Assembly: GCF_009914755.1 (NCBI RefSeq)
Contig: NC_060926.1
Reading direction: 5' to 3' (one strand)
Source: the human T2T-CHM13v2.0 reference genome, Homo sapiens
DNA length: 64,000 nucleotides
Both the position numbers and the translations under genes were made by a program. Below the pieces are notes generated by a model. That model made no database searches. It saw only the letters and a program-made list of their open reading frames with translations, and was not told the origin of the DNA. Shown in pieces: positions 1-19,404 of this stretch (its first letter is position 1; every line of letters begins with the position of its first letter).

Positions 1-95
1 GTTTTGCTTTGGTGAAGAAGTAAGGTGAGTTATCTTGTCCCTCTGATATAAAGCAGTCCCCAGTGAGGTCGTAGTTGTAAGACCGTTGGCTTTAG

Positions 96-2575
<2,480 letters not shown>

Positions 2576-2706
2576 TTATTTTACTATGTTATATCTCCTT
2601 GTATGTAGACCATCATACTCCTTCCTTATCAAGTAATTAGGTGGAAAAAATGCTGCTCATTTATTCATTAATTATTCATTCTTTTCAGAATATCTCTTTG
2701 TCTAGA

Positions 2707-2918
2707 CCAATGCTTTTCAATAGAACTTTCTGTGATAATGAACATGTTCTATATCTGCATTATACAATATGGTAGTCATTAGCCACATGTGACTACTGAG
2801 TGCTTGAAATCTGGCTACAGTGACTGTGCAACTGAAGTTTACATTTTATTTTATTTAAATTCACCTTTAAATAGCTACAGAGGGCTAGTGGCTACTATTA
2901 ATATACTAGATAGTGCAG
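2707..2918. mobile_element. MER3 (hAT-Charlie MITE)
   Basis: CAATAGAACTTTCTG..., AGCCACATGTG..., GGCTAGTGGCTAC hallmarks. Confidence 0.75.
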
Positions 2919-3285
2919 GTCTACACCCAGCCATTTAAAGTGGAAGGAGCTACATTTTGGTTGCCACTTAGATCTATACCATGTTTCTTCACAATGAGCT
3001 TGACATGTATAGCTCTCTGCTGTCTGGCTGAACAGGTGATGAGAACTAACAGTTTAAAACATACACCTGGTCACTCTTTGTGTAAGTCCTATCCTATCTG
3101 TGGTTCTGCCTTTTATCACAGGTTACCATATTTGTAACTGAATTCCTAAAACAACAGAAGAATATTTATTGGTAATTCCACATATGACTGGTCAGAGGAA
3201 GCCATGAACTGATTTTCCATTTAAAATCACCAGTATTTGGTAGCAGACTGTATAACCAGGCAGATGTTATTTCTCATATACTTAC

Positions 3286-3286
3286 T
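3286..3286 (-). CDS. NLRC4: First coding base (A of split A|TG) of NLRC4 (NLR family CARD domain-containing 4)
   Basis: The exon ends ...CCAGAACAA then GTAAGT. The recalled mRNA continues ...gaacaATGAATTTC (MNF...), so TG comes from the next exon outside the window. Confidence 0.75.
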
Positions 3287-3404
3287 TGTTCTGGATGAAA
3301 GCTTCCCACCTTTCTATAACACAATAGAAAATATTATTTCCAAATGGAAAGGTCAAAGGTGATCCCAATATTGTCCTCTTTTTTCTGTAAAACTACTCTT
3401 CATT
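3286..3404 (-). other. NLRC4: NLRC4 exon 2 (119 nt: 118 nt 5'UTR plus the A of the ATG)
   Basis: Minus-strand acceptor tttgtttgttttacAG|AATGAAG at 3405/3404; donor cagaacaa|GTAAGT at 3286/3285. Confidence 0.85.
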
Positions 3405-3775
3405 CTGTAAAACAAACAAAACAGAACCAGAGACTATCAGGTGGAGGGGCTGATGCAATTATCTAGGTAATGCCCCGCTTTTCATAGATGAGAAAATGGT
3501 GACCCAAACCAGAAAAAAACTCGCTCAAAGCCCCTGGCTATTCATGGCCAGGCCCTAAAGAGAACCCAGGCGGCTGGACTCCTTGCCTAGAGCTCTAAAC
3601 TATGTTCAGCTGGAACTTTGCCCTTCTCTTCAAAGTTTCTTCTCATTTCTGCTGTTCAGAGCCAAGAAGGCAACATGGAATTAAATGTCAAAAGACGGTA
3701 TAAGTGTCAACATGAATGGTGCAGAGGGTACGTTCTCTCCAGTATTTCCAGGAAAGAGTATATGGACTGGAATCA

Positions 3776-5047
<1,272 letters not shown>

Positions 5048-6347
5048 ATATGAGTAATTGAGGAGACAGAAAAAAGGAGTTATGCTTCCAGGGTACAAAG
5101 GGGAAAAGCTATGGAAAGCCTTGTACGCCAAGATGAGGCATTTGTTCTTTATCCTATGAGCAACTGGGAGAGATTATGGTATAAGGAGTATGTTTAAAGT
5201 GATGTTTTAAGATAAGAAACGGATTTCAATTTCCTGGTATGGTCCTGTCATTTCATCCTCCTAGTTGCTTTAAAAGCAACTTCCTTTCTCCCTTCCTCCT
5301 CCACACACTCTGAAAAGCAGGGGCCCAGAAGCCTCTGAGACTGCTCTGTGTGCATTCCCAAACCAAGTTAGATGATCTACCCCGGCTCCTCATACACACA
5401 TACACGACCCCCTGCATCAGGATGAAGATGCAAAGTCTGAATTAAAGACAGCATGAGAGGGCAGACAGGAAGTGGGGAAGAGAACTAGAATCACTGGGTG
5501 GAGAGAAACAAAATGGGAGCTATGTGAGTGTGATTGTGGTATGTGAATGGAGTTGGCTTGGGAACTCATGTGGATGGGGTTGGCATGGGAACTCATGTTA
5601 TCCTAACATTAAAACTCTTTTTTTGAGACAGGGTCTCACTCTGTCACCCAGGTTGGAGTGCAGTGGCCCGATCATGGCTCACGGCATCCTTAACCTTCTG
5701 GGCTCAGGTGATCTTCCCACCTCAGCCTCCTGAGTAACTGGGACCGCAGGTGTGTGCCACCATGCCTGGCTAATTTTTTTTTTTTTTTTTTTTTTTTTTT
5801 AGAGACAGAGTTTTGCCGTGTTGCCCAGGCTGGTCTCAAACTCCTGGGCTAAAGTGATCTGTCTGCCTCAGTCTCCCAAAATGCTGAGATCACAAGAATG
5901 AGCCACCGCGTCTGGCCATTACCCTAACATTTTATTATGAACATTTTCAAACATAGAGAAAATCCATCCCTCTATTCATTTATCAATCTATTTTACTTAT
6001 TTTCTTGCATATTCAATGTAAGTTGCAGACGTTAGTACACTTCTATGTTCATATAATTAACTAGAATTCAATATTGGTTTATTATTCTTTCTTAGGAAAA
6101 ATTCACCTACAGTGAAAGCAGAGATCTTAACTGTACCCTTTGATGAGCTGAAAAATGCTTCTACCTCAAACACCTATCAAGACAGAAAACATTACCCTCT
6201 CCTTAGTATCCTATGCCCCTTCCCAGTCAAATTCCATCTCTGCCACACCCTCAAAGAAAATCACTCTTCTGATTTTTTTAAACCGTAAATTAGCCTGTTG
6301 AAGAACTTCACATAAACGGAATCATACAGTATGTGCTACTCCTTTCA

Positions 6348-6770
<423 letters not shown>

Positions 6771-7011
6771 TTATCTATTCTCCTGTTGATGGATTGGGTT
6801 GTTTTCAGATTGGGGCTATCATAAATACAGAACAATGAATACTTTTGTACAAGGGGGTCCTTCCCCACAAAAACTTCTCTAAGAATAGCTTACTTTGACT
6901 CTGATCTTTCTAATTTCACAAGCTCTTTGAATAAGGATCTCCTCAGCTTAAACTAGATGCTCACAGCCATGGCAAGTTTGCTGTGAATGTTGCTGTTGTG
7001 AGAGTGATAAG

Positions 7012-8245
<1,234 letters not shown>

Positions 8246-8398
8246 AAAGCATATCTATTTTCAGAAAATAAAGTTTCCCTTTTATGTTAAAACTGATTCA
8301 TTAACAATATAAAAAATTGTCATTGAAATTGGAGCAGCCAGGCGCGGTGGCTCACGCCTGTAATCCTAGCACTTTGGGAGGCCGAGGCAGGTGGATCA

Positions 8399-8670
<272 letters not shown>

Positions 8671-10022
8671 TTAAGCAAGGGCACATTTTGGTGTCAGGAT
8701 TGCGTTCAAACTACAGCTCTACCACTGACACACTAAGAGTCCTCAATCAAGGGGTAATGACTGGCACACAGGAAGGACTCAGTGAATGGCGGCAACTGTA
8801 GATTCTTCTCTCCCTTTCTACTTCCCCAAAAAGGGGTGGGTTTGGGAAGAATCACACCATCCCTGACTGGGTCAAAGTTTAAGTCAGAGTAGAAAAAGAG
8901 GAAGAAGATAGAGGAAGGAGCTAAGATGTATAAAGTTTTTAATTGCTCTCAAGAACAAAATCAATCCATATACTGAAGATCATGTAATTTTTCTCAGTTA
9001 CCCACTGGCATAAAGAATAGGGCTGTGGACCAGGCGTGGTGGTTCACGCTTGTAATCCCAGTGCTTGGGGAGACTGAGGAGGGTGGATCACCTGAAGTCA
9101 GGAGTTTGAGACCAGCCTGGCCAACATGGTGAAACCCCATCTCTGCTAAAAGTACAAGAAATTAGCCAGGCGTGGAGGTGCACACCTGTAATCCCAGCTA
9201 CTTGGGAAGCTGGGACAGGAGAGTTTCTTGAACCCAGGAGGTGGAGGTTTCAGTGAGCCAAGATAGCACCATTGCACTCCAGCCTGGGTGACAGAGAGAG
9301 ACTCTGTCTCAGACAAAAAAAAAAAAGAATAGGACTGAGACCAGTGTACTCTCTTGGAATGTAGCTATGGCCCTGCAACCCCTCCCCGCAAGCTGTCCAG
9401 TGAATAACTGAATTGGGTGGAAGAAGTCCTTCCCCCACATTTGTACATTGGAAAATAATATAATAATATATATTATATATATATAGGCAATCTGCCTGCC
9501 TCGGCCTCCCAAAGTGCTGGGATTACAGGCATAAGCCACCATGCCCAGCTGGAAAATAATATTTAGTACTAATTCTAAAATTGGCATTTTCTTAAAAAAG
9601 GTTACATGAGCTCCTCAGAGAACTGAAGTTTCTCTGGACCCATATAACCCACGTCTATGGGGTCATTCCCACACCTCACAGATAAAATAAGGGAAAGAGT
9701 ACATATAATTAGGAGCAGACAGGAAGCACACAGAAATGGAAAATGTGTGTGGGCTTTGGCATTGCAGATCTGAATTCAAATCCTCACTCTGCACCTTATG
9801 AGGTAAGTATCCCTAGACATGTTACTTAGCCTTTCCGAATCTTGCTTTCCAAATCATGCATAATATTCACCTCCCTGGACTATTGTGAAGATTAAACATG
9901 AAAGTAGTTGTGACAAAGATGGTCAGTGGGTATTATCTGTCTTCCTTTCTAGTAAAAAGGCTCTAGACTAGAATGTTCTTAGGTCTTTAATAGGCTTCAG
10001 CAATCTCACATGTTAATATTAG

Positions 10023-10346
10023 TGTTATGTGCTGAACTGGGCTTCCCCCAAATCCATATGTTGAAGCCCTGAACCTCAGAATGTGACTGTATTTGCAGAC
10101 AGAGCCTTTAAAGAGGTCATTAAGCTCAAATGAGGCTGTTATGAGAAGAGGAAATCGGGACACACAAAGGGAGATACCAGGAATGTGCATACAGAGAGAA
10201 AAGGCCAAGGAGGGAGGCGTGGGGAGAAGCCAACCCTGCTGACACCTTGGTCTTGGACTTGCAGCCTCCAGAACTGTGGGAATATAAATTTCTGTTGTTT
10301 AAGCCACCCAGTCTATGGTATTTTAAACACATTAATACGACTAATA
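10023..10346 (+). mobile_element. MaLR LTR (MLT1B-like)
   Basis: CCCCCAAATCCATATGTTGAAGCCCT... and ...CAGCCTCCAGAACTGTG...AAATTTCTGTTGTTTAAGCCACCCAGT. Confidence 0.75.
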
Positions 10347-10751
10347 TTATAAAAGTGTGTGAACAGTTAAGAAGTGTGCTGACCAGGTTCTATCCTAGTT
10401 TTGTAGACAATTAGCAGTGTGATGTAGGGCAGGACATTTAACTCCTCTCTACCACATTTTCCACCTCTCAAAGCCAGGCTGCAAGGATCTACTGAGATAA
10501 TGTACATAAAGACCCTATCACGAAATAGGTGTCCCGTAAAGGGTGATTTCCTTCACTTCTGTCTCCAAATATCAGGTTTCTCATCAGTAACTTGGGAGAT
10601 TGGATGGACTAAGTAGTCCACCTGGTTCCTTTCAGCTTTGATCATCTGTGATTCTAACAACAGTCTTAGCAACAAGAGTGAGTTTCCTGGCCGGGCACGT
10701 TGGCTCACACCTGTAATCCCAGCACTTTGGGAGGCTGAGGTGGGCAGATCA

Positions 10752-11400
<649 letters not shown>

Positions 11401-12121
11401 GTGAGAGGACAGTGTACAGAGAGGGGAACTGCTGAGCAGTTCCTTTTTTTTTTTTCAAAGCACAGTAAGAGTGGTTTGGACACAAGTACTACCAGTTCAG
11501 AAAGGGAAGATGGGTGTAGGCAGGAGTAGCCGGGGAAGAAGTAGAACTTCAGAGTAAAAGATGCAAGAGCTAGAAATTCCGTCAAGAAAGGAATTACTCA
11601 TTTGTTTCCTGTTTGTTCACAACATATGAATTCATTGCTGTTGAGTTACTTATTCTATACCTTAAAATGAAACAAAGTCTTCTGAACATCCAACATATAT
11701 TTTTTTTCTTTTTCTTTCTTTTTTCTTTTTTTTGAGACAGAGTCTTGTTCTGTCACCCAAGCTGGAGGGCAGTGGCACAATCTCAGCTCACTGCAACCTC
11801 TGCCTCCCGGGTTCAAGCGTTCCTCCCGCCTCAGTCCTCCCAGTAGCTAAGACTACAGGCGTGCACCACCATGCCCGGCTAATTTTTGTATTTTTAGTAG
11901 AGACAGAATTTCACCATGTTGGCCAGGCTGGTCTCGAACTCCTGACCTCAGGCAATCTGCCAGCCTCAGCCTCCCAAAGTGCTGGGATTACAGGCGTGAG
12001 CCACCATGCCCAGCCACAACATGTATTTTTAATGCTTAACCATGGGAGATAGAGCGGTAAATGAAATGAGCCAGCTTAGTTGGCTAAAGCACATTGCTAC
12101 TGCATTCAAGGTCATGCTTAC

Positions 12122-12270
12122 CCCTGTACCTTGAATCCCAGAGGACTTCCAGCAGATGTGTTCTCTCAGTCAGCAGGGTTCTGGGCAAGGTCACACAGGG
12201 CAAACAGATCACCAGTTTTGGTCCACTCCACCGATGACGCACGGGGACACCCTCCGGAGTATAAACAGCC
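12122..12270 (-). other. NLRC4: NLRC4 distal alternative non-coding first exon (two donors 8 nt apart; 5' end approximate)
   Basis: Donors caggg|GTAAGC (12122/12121) and ttcaag|GTACAG (12130/12129); matches recalled leader ...gggattcaaggtacaggg|aatgaagag. Confidence 0.7.
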
Positions 12271-12365
12271 AGGGGCTTGCACAGGCACACTCACATTGGA
12301 CGTTTGTGTTCACAGACTCCAGGAGGCCAGCTTATACTCAGCTGAGGACTGAAGAAATCTCTCTG

Positions 12366-12436
12366 CACTTCCCTTGAGGATGACATTCTTGCATACTCTT
12401 TCCTCTGTCTTTGCATAAACTACCAGGAACATGTCT
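12366..12436 (-). promoter_or_regulatory. NLRC4 distal promoter: ETS/PU.1 site and p53 response element
   Basis: GGGAAGTG on minus (12366-12373). Minus AGACATGTTC-CTGGTAGTTT (12436-12417) is one perfect RRRCWWGYYY half-site plus a degenerate half, about 150-170 bp upstream of the exon. NLRC4/Ipaf is a known p53 target. Confidence 0.55.
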
Positions 12437-12845
12437 TTGTGTTACATAACTTCTTATTTCAAAAAGAGCATTCTGACAGTAGCCTATCTGCCATAGAGGG
12501 ATACCAAAGTTTCCCGGCAAATAAATGTCTACATCCTGGGTTTTCTAAGGGGGCATCAGTGTCAGTGTTTCCCAACTTGTGAGGTGGGTTTCTCTGAAGT
12601 GAGATTGAGGGCTACACTATCAGCTAGATTTTTAAATTGTAATGAAACCTATATATAAACATATGTTCAAGAGAAAAAACTGCAAAGACAGCCACCAAAA
12701 TAGTAATGATGCTTATTGCTGGGGAATACAATTATAAGCAATTTTAAATTTCTGTCTTTGGCTTATCTGTATATTCTAATTTTATTTATCAACTTATTTA
12801 TTTTTTATTTTATTTGTTTATTTATTTATTTATTTATTTATTTGA

Positions 12846-13049
<204 letters not shown>

Positions 13050-13223
13050 TGAGCTCTTGGTCTCCAGTGATCCACCTGTGTTGTCCTCCTAAAGTAATGG
13101 GATTACAGGCGGGAGCCACCATGCCCAACCTGTATATTCTAATTCTTCATAGCAAACACCTATTACTTTTGTACTAATAAATGATGTAATATAGAATAAA
13201 AAGGGAAAATGTAGAAATATGGT

Positions 13224-13675
13224 TGTAGTAGGCTGAATAGTGGCTACCCAAATATCCCAAATCCTAATCCCTGGGAACTGTAAATATTGTGTCTTTCCAG
13301 ATATGTTCCATTTAAGGCTCTGAAGATGGGGAGAGAATTCTGGATGATCCAGGTGGGCCCTTAATAATGGTCCCTTATTACAGAGAGCCAGAGGGAGATT
13401 TGAAACTGACAGGAGAAGTCAGTAAGACCATGAATGCAGAGATTCGAGTAATACGGCTACGAGCCAAAAGATGCCAGCAGCCACCTGCAGCTGGAAGAGG
13501 CATAAATGGATTCTCCCCTAAAGCTCCCAGGAGTGTGGCCCTGCTGACACCCTGATTTCAGCCCCATGATACTGATGTTGGACTGGTCCTCAGAACTGTG
13601 AAAGAATAAATTTCTGTTGTTTTAAACCACCCAGTTTATGATATTTTGTTACAGCAACCACAGTAGACTAATACA
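13224..13675 (+). mobile_element. MaLR LTR (MLT1C/D-like)
   Basis: TGTAGTAGGCTGAATAGTGG... to ...AGAACTGTGAAAGAATAAATTTCTGTTG...ACTAATACA. Confidence 0.75.
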
Positions 13676-14295
13676 GTAGTATTTCATAGTAAAATAAGCA
13701 AAATTATATCCATATTCATTCAAGTACATCTTCTGGGCTGCCTCACCAGTTTCCTTTGTGAGTGGATTTGCAGTCAGGTGTTTTCAGGGCATTTCAAATA
13801 GGTAATTAACTAGTAACTTCGGCATCCTACGTTCCAACAGTTACGTCCCCTGCCCTTATGTTCTTCCTCCCAGTCTCTCCCAACGCTTATTATCCTAGGA
13901 GTGTGGTAAAGTGGAAATGCCCAGAGCTCTGGAGCCAAGTAGACCTGAGTTCAAGTCTGGGTTCCTTCCTGTGACTAATACAAGTCACCTTAGCTTCTTA
14001 GCAGTGCAATGATGGTTCCCCAAGTTGCCCCAGGGTTGTTGTGAATATCAGCTGAGATGCCATCTGTGAAGTACCACATGGCACTAACTATTCTGTGACT
14101 TTAAGCATATGTAGCTACTCATGCTTTTAACTCCCAGTTTAATGCGGAGGGAAGGAAAAAGTCACGATACTTTTCTTCCTAGAGGCCTGTAACTCATAAC
14201 TCCAAAAATAATTATTCTGGAATTCTGTTAGTCTTCTGCTTACATATTTAGTGGCAGGGAAGTCACTGGGCCAAATCAGGCAGGCAGCTTCCTAA

Positions 14296-14637
<342 letters not shown>

Positions 14638-14857
14638 TGACACCACGCCCGGCTAATTTTTGTATTTTTGTCGAGACGGGATATCACCATGTTGGCCAGG
14701 CTGGTCTCGAACTCTTGACCTCAGGTGATCTGCCCACCTCAGCCTCCCAAAGTGCTGGGATTACAGGTGTAAGCCACAGTGCCTGGCCAGGAGGGTTAAA
14801 TCTTCTTGACTACCTCCTTTAGGAAATAGAAGTACATTGTGCCTATTATCCTCTGCC

Positions 14858-15080
14858 ATATCTATATTTATATTATGTATATTATTATAATTTATATATA
14901 ACAAGTATATATTATACATGATATTACATATACATATATAAATATATCATTTATAAATATAAGTTACATATATTTACATATATTATATAAATACATATTT
15001 ATATACAATATTATATAAATACATATATTTATATGTAAGTATATAAATACAAATATTTATAAGTATACAAATATATATAA
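14858..15080. repeat. AT-rich (TA)n-like low-complexity tract
   Basis: About 220 bp almost entirely A/T with degenerate TATATAAATACATATT units. Confidence 0.85.
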
Positions 15081-15332
15081 TTCCCCATCCTCACCCCTTA
15101 AAATTGGACTAATAATTCAGATACTCTATGTAAAAGAGGCTTTGGTAGAATAAACTAAATGCTGGAGGACAGATTGACTCTCAAGGAGTCTGAAATCCTG
15201 TTCTAAAATTAACATTTGAAACAACTAGAGATATTTGGCAAGAAGCAGAAAGAATTTCAAATAGGTTTGATAACTGTGTTATTTGCGGAGGCATGGCATA
15301 GGGAAGAGGGAACATGTTTCAGATGCCTATGA

Positions 15333-15572
<240 letters not shown>

Positions 15573-16106
15573 TAGTAGAGACAGGTTTTTGCCTTGTTGG
15601 CCAGGCTGGTCTCAAACTCCTCGTGTAAAGCAATCTGCCCGCTTCAGCCTCCCAAAGTGCTGGGATTACAGGCATGAGCCACCACGCTCAGTCTCGTCAT
15701 ACTTTTTGCACTCCTTGCATTTGTATTCCAGTATTTGGGCAGTTTCCCAGATTGTGATACTAACATCCCCAAGGTAGCAGTCATTTACCAGGTTGCTAAG
15801 ATATGGCTACCTCCTCCTCTTGTTCCAAGTCGGCAGTCTACATCTCAGCCTTCGGATGCATGTTCTTCACCCCTGCCTGACACACTGGCTCTCTCTCTCT
15901 CTGCTACTCCCAGCTCTAGTGGAGGACTGAAAATTCCAGACTTCCTCAGTGCTACAGAGAGAAGCCTCCAGAAGCTAGGCAGGAGGGTGTACCCCCACCA
16001 TCCACTGATGCTCTAGATTTGTGGGTCGCTGGACTCAGGGCTACTGAGAGTAGTCCTGATAGGAAAAAATGAGCAGGGCTTGCTAGACAGTATCTAAAAT
16101 CATTCA

Positions 16107-16393
<287 letters not shown>

Positions 16394-16416
16394 TCAAACA
16401 AAACAAAGCAAAATTA

Positions 16417-16757
<341 letters not shown>

Positions 16758-16929
16758 TCACCACACTTTTAAGAGGGTGGTCCTGGATTAGCCTATTTAT
16801 GTTTGAAAAGTGAACATACTGTTTTCTAGCGTTAAAAAATCTAATTGTGCAAAAATATACAGTGAATGAGATAATTACCTTTACAGCTCAGTGAAGAAAA
16901 TGTAGCAAGCATTGGATGTACTTGTACAC

Positions 16930-17267
16930 CCGGGGGTCCTCAAGCTCCGGGTGCTAACTGGTACAGGTCCATGGCCTGCTAGGAACTTGGCCGCAAAGTA
17001 GAGGTGAGCAGCTGTGAGCAAGCATGACCCCCTGAGCTCCATCTCCTGTCAGATCAGTGACAGCATTAGATTCTCAGAGGAGTGTGAATTTTACTGTGAA
17101 CTGTGCATGCAAGGGATCTAGGTTGCATGCTCCTTATGAAACTCTTAACGCCTGATGAACTGAGATGGAACAGTTTAATCCCAAAACCATTCCCCCTCCC
17201 TCACTCCCTATCCATGGAAAAATTGTCTTCCATGAAACCCTGGTGCCAAAAAGGCTGGGGATTGCTG
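16930..17267 (+). mobile_element. MER1B (hAT-Charlie)
   Basis: Consensus-like body (AGATCAGTGACAGCATTAGATTCTCA...); 8-bp TSD ttgtacac/ttctacac. Confidence 0.8.
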
Positions 17268-18030
17268 TTCTACACCATTAGAAACTAATTAAACTGCTTT
17301 TACCTTTTTTGAATACTTTTTTTGTGTGAGATAGAGTCTCACTGTGTTACCCACGCTGGAGTGCAGTGGCGTGATCTTCGCTCACTGCAGCCTTGACCTC
17401 CTGGGCTCAAGTGATTTTTCCACCTCAGCATCCCAAGTAGCTGAGACTACAGGCACTTACTGCCACACCTAGCAAATTTTTTTTTTCTAATTTTTGTATA
17501 GACAGGGTTTTGCCATGTTGCCCAGGCTGGTCTCAAACTCCTGGACACAAGCAATCCTACTACCCTGGCCTCCCAAAGTGCTAGTATTACAGGCGTGAGC
17601 CACCATGCCTGGCCTAGAATGCTTTTTATTTACAAAGGTAATACATGTTAAATTCAAAAACTTTGAAAATACAGAAAAGACAAAAAAAAAAAAAAACCCC
17701 ACAATCCTGCCACACCAAATAATCACTAATGAGTCCAAAGAGGTATCTCATTGTGGTTATGACTTACATTTCCCTTGTGACTAATGATGCTGTGCACCTT
17801 TGATGTGCTTATTGGCCAAATGAGTATCTTCTTTGTGAAGCATCTGTTCAAATCTTTTGCTCACGTTTTCATGACACTGAGTTATAAGGATTCTTGAAGT
17901 ATTCTGGAGACAAATCATTTATCAGATTTCTGGATTGTGACTATTTTCTTCTAGTTTGTGATGTGCCTTTTCATTGACTTAACAATGTCTTTCAAAGAGC
18001 AGAACTTTAAATTTTTGATGAAATTCTATT

Positions 18031-18100
<70 letters not shown>
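18031..18100. repeat. Compound microsatellite (CA)7(TA)10(GA)18 in place of an Alu tail
   Basis: Read directly from the sequence; abuts a minus-strand Alu. Confidence 0.9.
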
Positions 18101-18105
<5 letters not shown>

Positions 18106-18234
18106 TCTGGCTTTGTTGCCCAGGCTCACTGCAACCTCTGCCTCCTTCAAGTGATTCTCCTGGCTCAGCCTCTCAAGTAGCTGGGACTACAGGTGCCCGT
18201 CACCACACCAGTTAATTTTTTGTATTTTTAGTAG

Positions 18235-18366
<132 letters not shown>

Positions 18367-18477
18367 TGATTTGTGCCTTTTGTGTCCTATTTAAGACCTT
18401 TGTTATCCCAATGCGGCAAAGATGCCATCTGCAATCTTAATTCCCCTTTGCCATGTAACAAACATACATATTCATAG

Positions 18478-19027
18478 TGCTATGGTCTGCATGTTTATGT
18501 CCCCACAAAATTCATATGTTGAAATCCTCACCCCCAAAATATTACGACGTAAGGCCTTTGGGGGGTGACTAGGTCATGGGCGAGAAGTCTTTATAAATGG
18601 GATTAGTGGACTTATAAAAGAGGCCCAACATGTACACCATAAATATATACACCAACTGTGTACCCATAAAAATTAAAAATTAGGCTACTCAAGAGGCTGA
18701 GGCAGGAGGATTGCTTGAGCCAAGGAGTTTGAGGTTATAGCGAGCTATGATTGTGCCACTGCACTCCAGTCTGACCAACAGAGCGAGGCACCCTGACTGG
18801 AAAAAAAAAACAGAAAAAAAAAAGGCCTGAGAGAGCCCCTCATCCCTTCCACCACGTGAGGATATAGTGACAAGGTAGCCAACTATGAACCAGGAAATGA
18901 GCCACCAAATTTGCCAGCAGCTTGGTCTTAGACGTCCCAGCCTCCATAACTGTGAGAAATAAATTTGTTGCTTACAAGCCATCCAGTCTATGGTATTTTG
19001 TTATAGCAGCCCAAACAGACTGAGACA
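18478..19027 (+). mobile_element. MLT1A-like LTR with inserted L1-tail and Alu-monomer fragment, nested in an older MLT1 piece
   Basis: TGCTATGGTCTG...AAATTCATATGTTGAAATCCT and ...TTATAGCAGCCCAAACAGACTGAGACA. Confidence 0.7.
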
Positions 19028-19404
19028 CATGGATTCTGGATTTTAGGATGCAGACATCTCTGGGGGGCCATTATTCTGCTTATCACATACACCCTTTATT
19101 AGAATGAGGAACTTGTGTTCCTAATTTGCTGAGCGTTTTTGTCATGACACATATTGTTTACTATGTGCCAACCACTCTAAGTGTTTTAAATATGTCATTT
19201 AACTCGCATCTATGAGATAATTATTACCCCTACTTTACAGAGGAGTAACTTAGGCTTAAAGAAATTAACTTGCCTAGAGTAATATAGCAAAGTGGAAAAA
19301 TAAGATTTGAACAGAAATATGTTAAAACCAAAGCTCAAACTTTTGGTAACTGTTGTTAAAATATACTGCAGATTGGATGTTATTCACTTTCTACATAAGG
19401 TCAT

